DNA of 64,000 nucleotides from a virus (Duplodnaviria; Caudoviricetes): IMG/VR virus record IMGVR_UViG_2833005253_000001, positions 37,978 to 101,977 of that record; one strand, 5' to 3'. Shown piece by piece: positions 61,160 to 64,000 of this stretch (position 1 is its first letter; each line of letters starts with the position of its first letter). The notes under the pieces were generated by a model. It saw only the letters and a program-made list of their open reading frames with translations, ran no database searches and was not told where the DNA came from. The position numbers and the translations under genes were made by a program.

Positions 61160-61504
61160 TTAATGTTCTTTTGCTGTTTTAGCTCGGTGGCAAGCATAAC
61201 AAATCGATTGCAGATTGGTCTCATCATCCTTACCTCCAAACGCCTTTGCCTTAATATGGTCAACGGCTTTAGCTTCGGTAGCGATACCTTGGCGTAAGCA
61301 CGTTTGGCAAAGGTAGTTATCACGCTTAAGAATTTTGGCTCGAAGGATTTCCCAGGCACGTCCATAGCCCTGTTGCTGGCGAGTTCTACCGCGTTGGTGC
61401 TGTACCCAGCCTTCGTTGCGATGCGTTTCGCAGTAGCCGGAACGGGCAGTGGTGATTCCGCCACAACCCTGTTTGCGGAAAGGTCTAGGAATTTGGTTTG
61501 GCAT
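61160..61504 (-). CDS. HNH endonuclease
   Basis: GYG..W, RDNYLCQTC, VDHIKAK..GG, NLQSIC..CH. Confidence 0.9.
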   Translation of the reverse strand: MPNQIPRPFRKQGCGGITTARSGYCETHRNEGWVQHQRGRTRQQQGYGRAWEILRAKILKRDNYLCQTCLRQGIATEAKAVDHIKAKAFGGKDDETNLQSICYACHRAKTAKEH

Positions 61505-61955
61505 GTTGATTCGACAAAACAACTTTCCGTATGTAATCCTGAAGGTATTTAATTTTTGCTTGGTCGCTGATGATTCCGGCTCTGATATCGAGAACGTTTC
61601 GTCCAGCAATTGAAGAGAGTTCGATGGTTCCTGCATGGCCCAGGCTGCTGGGGCGGGGAGTGCTGACTGGACAGTGACCTTTGACGAGCACCCGACCACC
61701 GCGATCAAGCTTACGACGCAAATGATGATTCTTGGCTTGCACATCGGCTAATTCCTTCGTGTGTCTGTCATCCAGCGCCGAGATGGTCTGTATCTGCTGG
61801 CTTAACTGCTCAAATGCAACCTGTTGTTTTTCCCTATCCGATACAGCAATCTTTCGTGCTTTTTCAGCATCGTAATACAGTGTCCGGTAATACAGGGTTA
61901 CACCTGACATTGAGGTCAGTAGCAAAGCGATAACAAGAGGAATTTTCCAGGTCAT
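61485..61955 (-). CDS. Rz i-spanin (copy 2; Rz1 embedded from 61744)
   Basis: Same as 41572-42033 except the extreme C-terminus. Confidence 0.88.
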   Translation of the reverse strand: MTWKIPLVIALLLTSMSGVTLYYRTLYYDAEKARKIAVSDREKQQVAFEQLSQQIQTISALDDRHTKELADVQAKNHHLRRKLDRGGRVLVKGHCPVSTPRPSSLGHAGTIELSSIAGRNVLDIRAGIISDQAKIKYLQDYIRKVVLSNQHAKPNS

Positions 61956-62020
61956 AAGTTGTTTCCAGAAATGCCGTTATGAATGCTGACGCAACTTGTG
62001 GAACAATCGCATTCCTCTTG

Positions 62021-62320
62021 TTACTGGACTACTTTATCGCGGATTTCGGACTTGACCTTGTTGGGATAGATAGTACGGAGCCATCCAGCAAGTTTTCGCA
62101 AGGGAAGGCAAGCCATTTTTCTCTCCTTGCCATCAGAGGCAACTATAACGATTTCCGTTACAGTTGATTTAAAGCGTTGTTTTAACTTCTCTAATTGAGC
62201 CTGCCAGGCCATCCCCATCCCTTCGACAATGGGTTTCATTGGCACATGAGGCTCGCCATTGTGCTCAACAACGTAAAGCTCAGTGCCGTAAAATGTTGCA
62301 GTAACGATCATGTTGTTCAT
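62021..62320 (-). CDS. P22AR-N antirepressor-like protein (copy 2)
   Basis: Identical translation to 42099-42398. Confidence 0.85.
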   Translation of the reverse strand: MNNMIVTATFYGTELYVVEHNGEPHVPMKPIVEGMGMAWQAQLEKLKQRFKSTVTEIVIVASDGKERKMACLPLRKLAGWLRTIYPNKVKSEIRDKVVQ

Positions 62321-62485
62321 TGGTGTTTACCTTCAAAAAAGAGACCTCAGATCACACGAACAGCCAGCCCCTGAGCACACCAATTACTGGCGTTCTCCAA
62401 GGTCGCTTTTGTGAATAGTCTCAGGGTTGTGTTGATATGCGCGTGTGAAGCGCAGGCGAAAAAAAGCCCAGCACGATGCCAAGGC

Positions 62486-62983
62486 TCATTGAGTCGGACT
62501 GGTGAGTAAATCTGGCTTTAAACAAAGTTCGCGCTCTATGGCCCTACGGTTAATCAATCCTTTTGATACTTTTCCTTCGTCATATTTCCAGCGGCACATC
62601 TCATCACAGGCTCCGCTCAAATCTCCGACGTTCAGCTTTTTCAGCAGCGTTGAGCGCTCAAACGCCCCACTGCCGATGTTGTAAACAAATGAAGTCAAGG
62701 CGGCTTTCTGTAAATCGGATAGCGGGAAAGTGACATAATGTTCAACTACGGAACGTGCTATCTGCAAATCCCGCCTCATCAACTCGCTACACTCTTCTTC
62801 GCTATAGATTTCCTCTGGCGTAACGTCCTTACCCGTATGACCGTGACAAACAGTGAGCACACCGCCCCCATCACGATAGGGCTTATAGCGCTTACCTTCA
62901 TGCCATTGTACCAGGACAGCAGCAAGTGCTAATACACCGCCTGCCGTTGCCACCAGAAGGCGTTTTTTAAGTTGATTATTCAT
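62486..62983 (-). CDS. Lysozyme (copy 2)
   Basis: Identical translation to 42564-43061. Confidence 0.93.
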   Translation of the reverse strand: MNNQLKKRLLVATAGGVLALAAVLVQWHEGKRYKPYRDGGGVLTVCHGHTGKDVTPEEIYSEEECSELMRRDLQIARSVVEHYVTFPLSDLQKAALTSFVYNIGSGAFERSTLLKKLNVGDLSGACDEMCRWKYDEGKVSKGLINRRAIERELCLKPDLLTSPTQ

Positions 62984-63168
62984 GATGGGTTTCTCGTTCG
63001 GAAACGGTATTCCTTGTGCCGGTAGTACCAGTTCAGCCCAACGGTCAGTAATGAACAGATAATCCCGGTAATCAGCGCCCATTCACTAAGCGATAGCGCC
63101 CCGCATAGAAACGTCGTCGCGCTCGCACCATAGGCAGTACCCGTTGTGTATTTTTCAATGTTATTCAT
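62980..63168 (-). CDS. Holin (copy 2)
   Basis: Identical translation to 43058-43246. Confidence 0.85.
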   Translation of the reverse strand: MNNIEKYTTGTAYGASATTFLCGALSLSEWALITGIICSLLTVGLNWYYRHKEYRFRTRNPS

Positions 63169-63238
63169 GGATAGGTTTATTTATTTCGAGTGTTTGAATG
63201 ATGGGGTATGTTTCTTCTGAGGGAAAGGTAGCACTTTG

Positions 63239-64000
63239 TCAAAAAATCATACCTTGGTAATTGATTTGAGGAATAAGATTTTCTATTTCTTTTTTGGTCT
63301 GCAAAAATCTATCTGTTTCTAACTCCACGCCGATAGCTTGCCGACCTGATTGAATTGCGGCTTTCACCGTCGAACCGGAACCCATAAAGAAATCTGCTAC
63401 AGTATGTTTCGGCTTGCTACTGGCGTTAATAATGTGCTCAAGCAAGGCTGCGGTTTTTTCACAAGGATGTTTACCGGGATAGTACAGTACAGGTGGAAAA
63501 TTCCACACATCGGTATACGGCACATCTTTGGTGACAGAAAAAGGTCGGCGCAAGTTTTCATACTGTCGTTTAAGTTCGTCGTGCGTGAAACTCAGTGGAT
63601 GGTGATTTTTGGAGAGAGACGACGCTGATTTTTTCTCTGCGGCTTTTTGCGAAAAGAATTCTTGCAAACGTTCATACTGTGTTTTGTTCGGTAACTGCCA
63701 CTGAGAATACGAGAACCAATGCCGATGCATATAGCTTCCCATATACTGTTCAATTTCTTTGCCCGTGATATTGAGTTGATTTTTTGCGGTGATGAAATAG
63801 TCAATCAGCGAAGCAAACACTTCGCTTTTTAACTCAGCACATTTATAGCCATCCTTATTTTTTGCTGTACCCTCTGCCCCGTACTGCTCTGCAAACAATA
63901 TTCGCTCGGTGCCTGGAAAATATGAGCGTAGCCATTCTTTTGAGCATCCAGTCCCACGACCATAGGGTTTAGCCCAAATAATGTGATTTAACATCCTCAT
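63239..64000 (-). CDS. DNA methyltransferase (copy 2, runs off the window)
   Basis: Identical to the 3' part of 43317-44357. Confidence 0.9.
   Translation of the reverse strand: MRMLNHIIWAKPYGRGTGCSKEWLRSYFPGTERILFAEQYGAEGTAKNKDGYKCAELKSEVFASLIDYFITAKNQLNITGKEIEQYMGSYMHRHWFSYSQWQLPNKTQYERLQEFFSQKAAEKKSASSLSKNHHPLSFTHDELKRQYENLRRPFSVTKDVPYTDVWNFPPVLYYPGKHPCEKTAALLEHIINASSKPKHTVADFFMGSGSTVKAAIQSGRQAIGVELETDRFLQTKKEIENLIPQINYQGMIF

Larger units (their letters stand above)
61504..64000 (-). repeat. Near-identical duplicate of 41582-44078
   Basis: Constant offset of 19922 bp for Rz, antirepressor, lysozyme, holin and methylase. Confidence 0.95.

Overview
The window is a mosaic of decaying prophages and insertion sequences. 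It probably comes from an insect-endosymbiotic enterobacterium: the first 3 kb look like the right end of an APSE-type phage at a tRNA-Arg att site, as known from Hamiltonella defensa (inference). In order: (1) tail-fibre assembly gene, att core, frameshifted integrase, xis and a helicase fragment (1-2.9 kb). (2) IS630, a stack of iteron-like repeats, and a Mor/lysis/terminase/DUF935-portal block (2.9-11.3 kb). (3) An IS3 remnant, antirepressor and broken lambdoid xis/int (11.3-14.2 kb). (4) Cargo: a papain-like effector candidate, an HTH-Dcm methylase with a vsr stump, and an autotransporter (14.8-21.4 kb). (5) A nearly complete but multiply lesioned SfV-like prophage with HK97 head, Mu-like contractile tail, lysis, Q, replication, C4/ash, cro/cI, N-like and recombination genes, carrying two toxin-antitoxin modules and two more effector-like morons (21.5-58.8 kb). 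(6) IS5/IS630 and the start of a second related prophage with a third TA module and a ~2.5 kb near-identical copy of the lysis/methylase block. The most striking signal: three unrelated AT-rich effector-like genes (papain-like, LRR+YopT-like, kinase-like) are each preceded by the same 17-bp MxiE/InvF-box-like motif, suggesting a prophage-borne type III effector regulon. Family assignments are from motif recognition by eye, not database searches.
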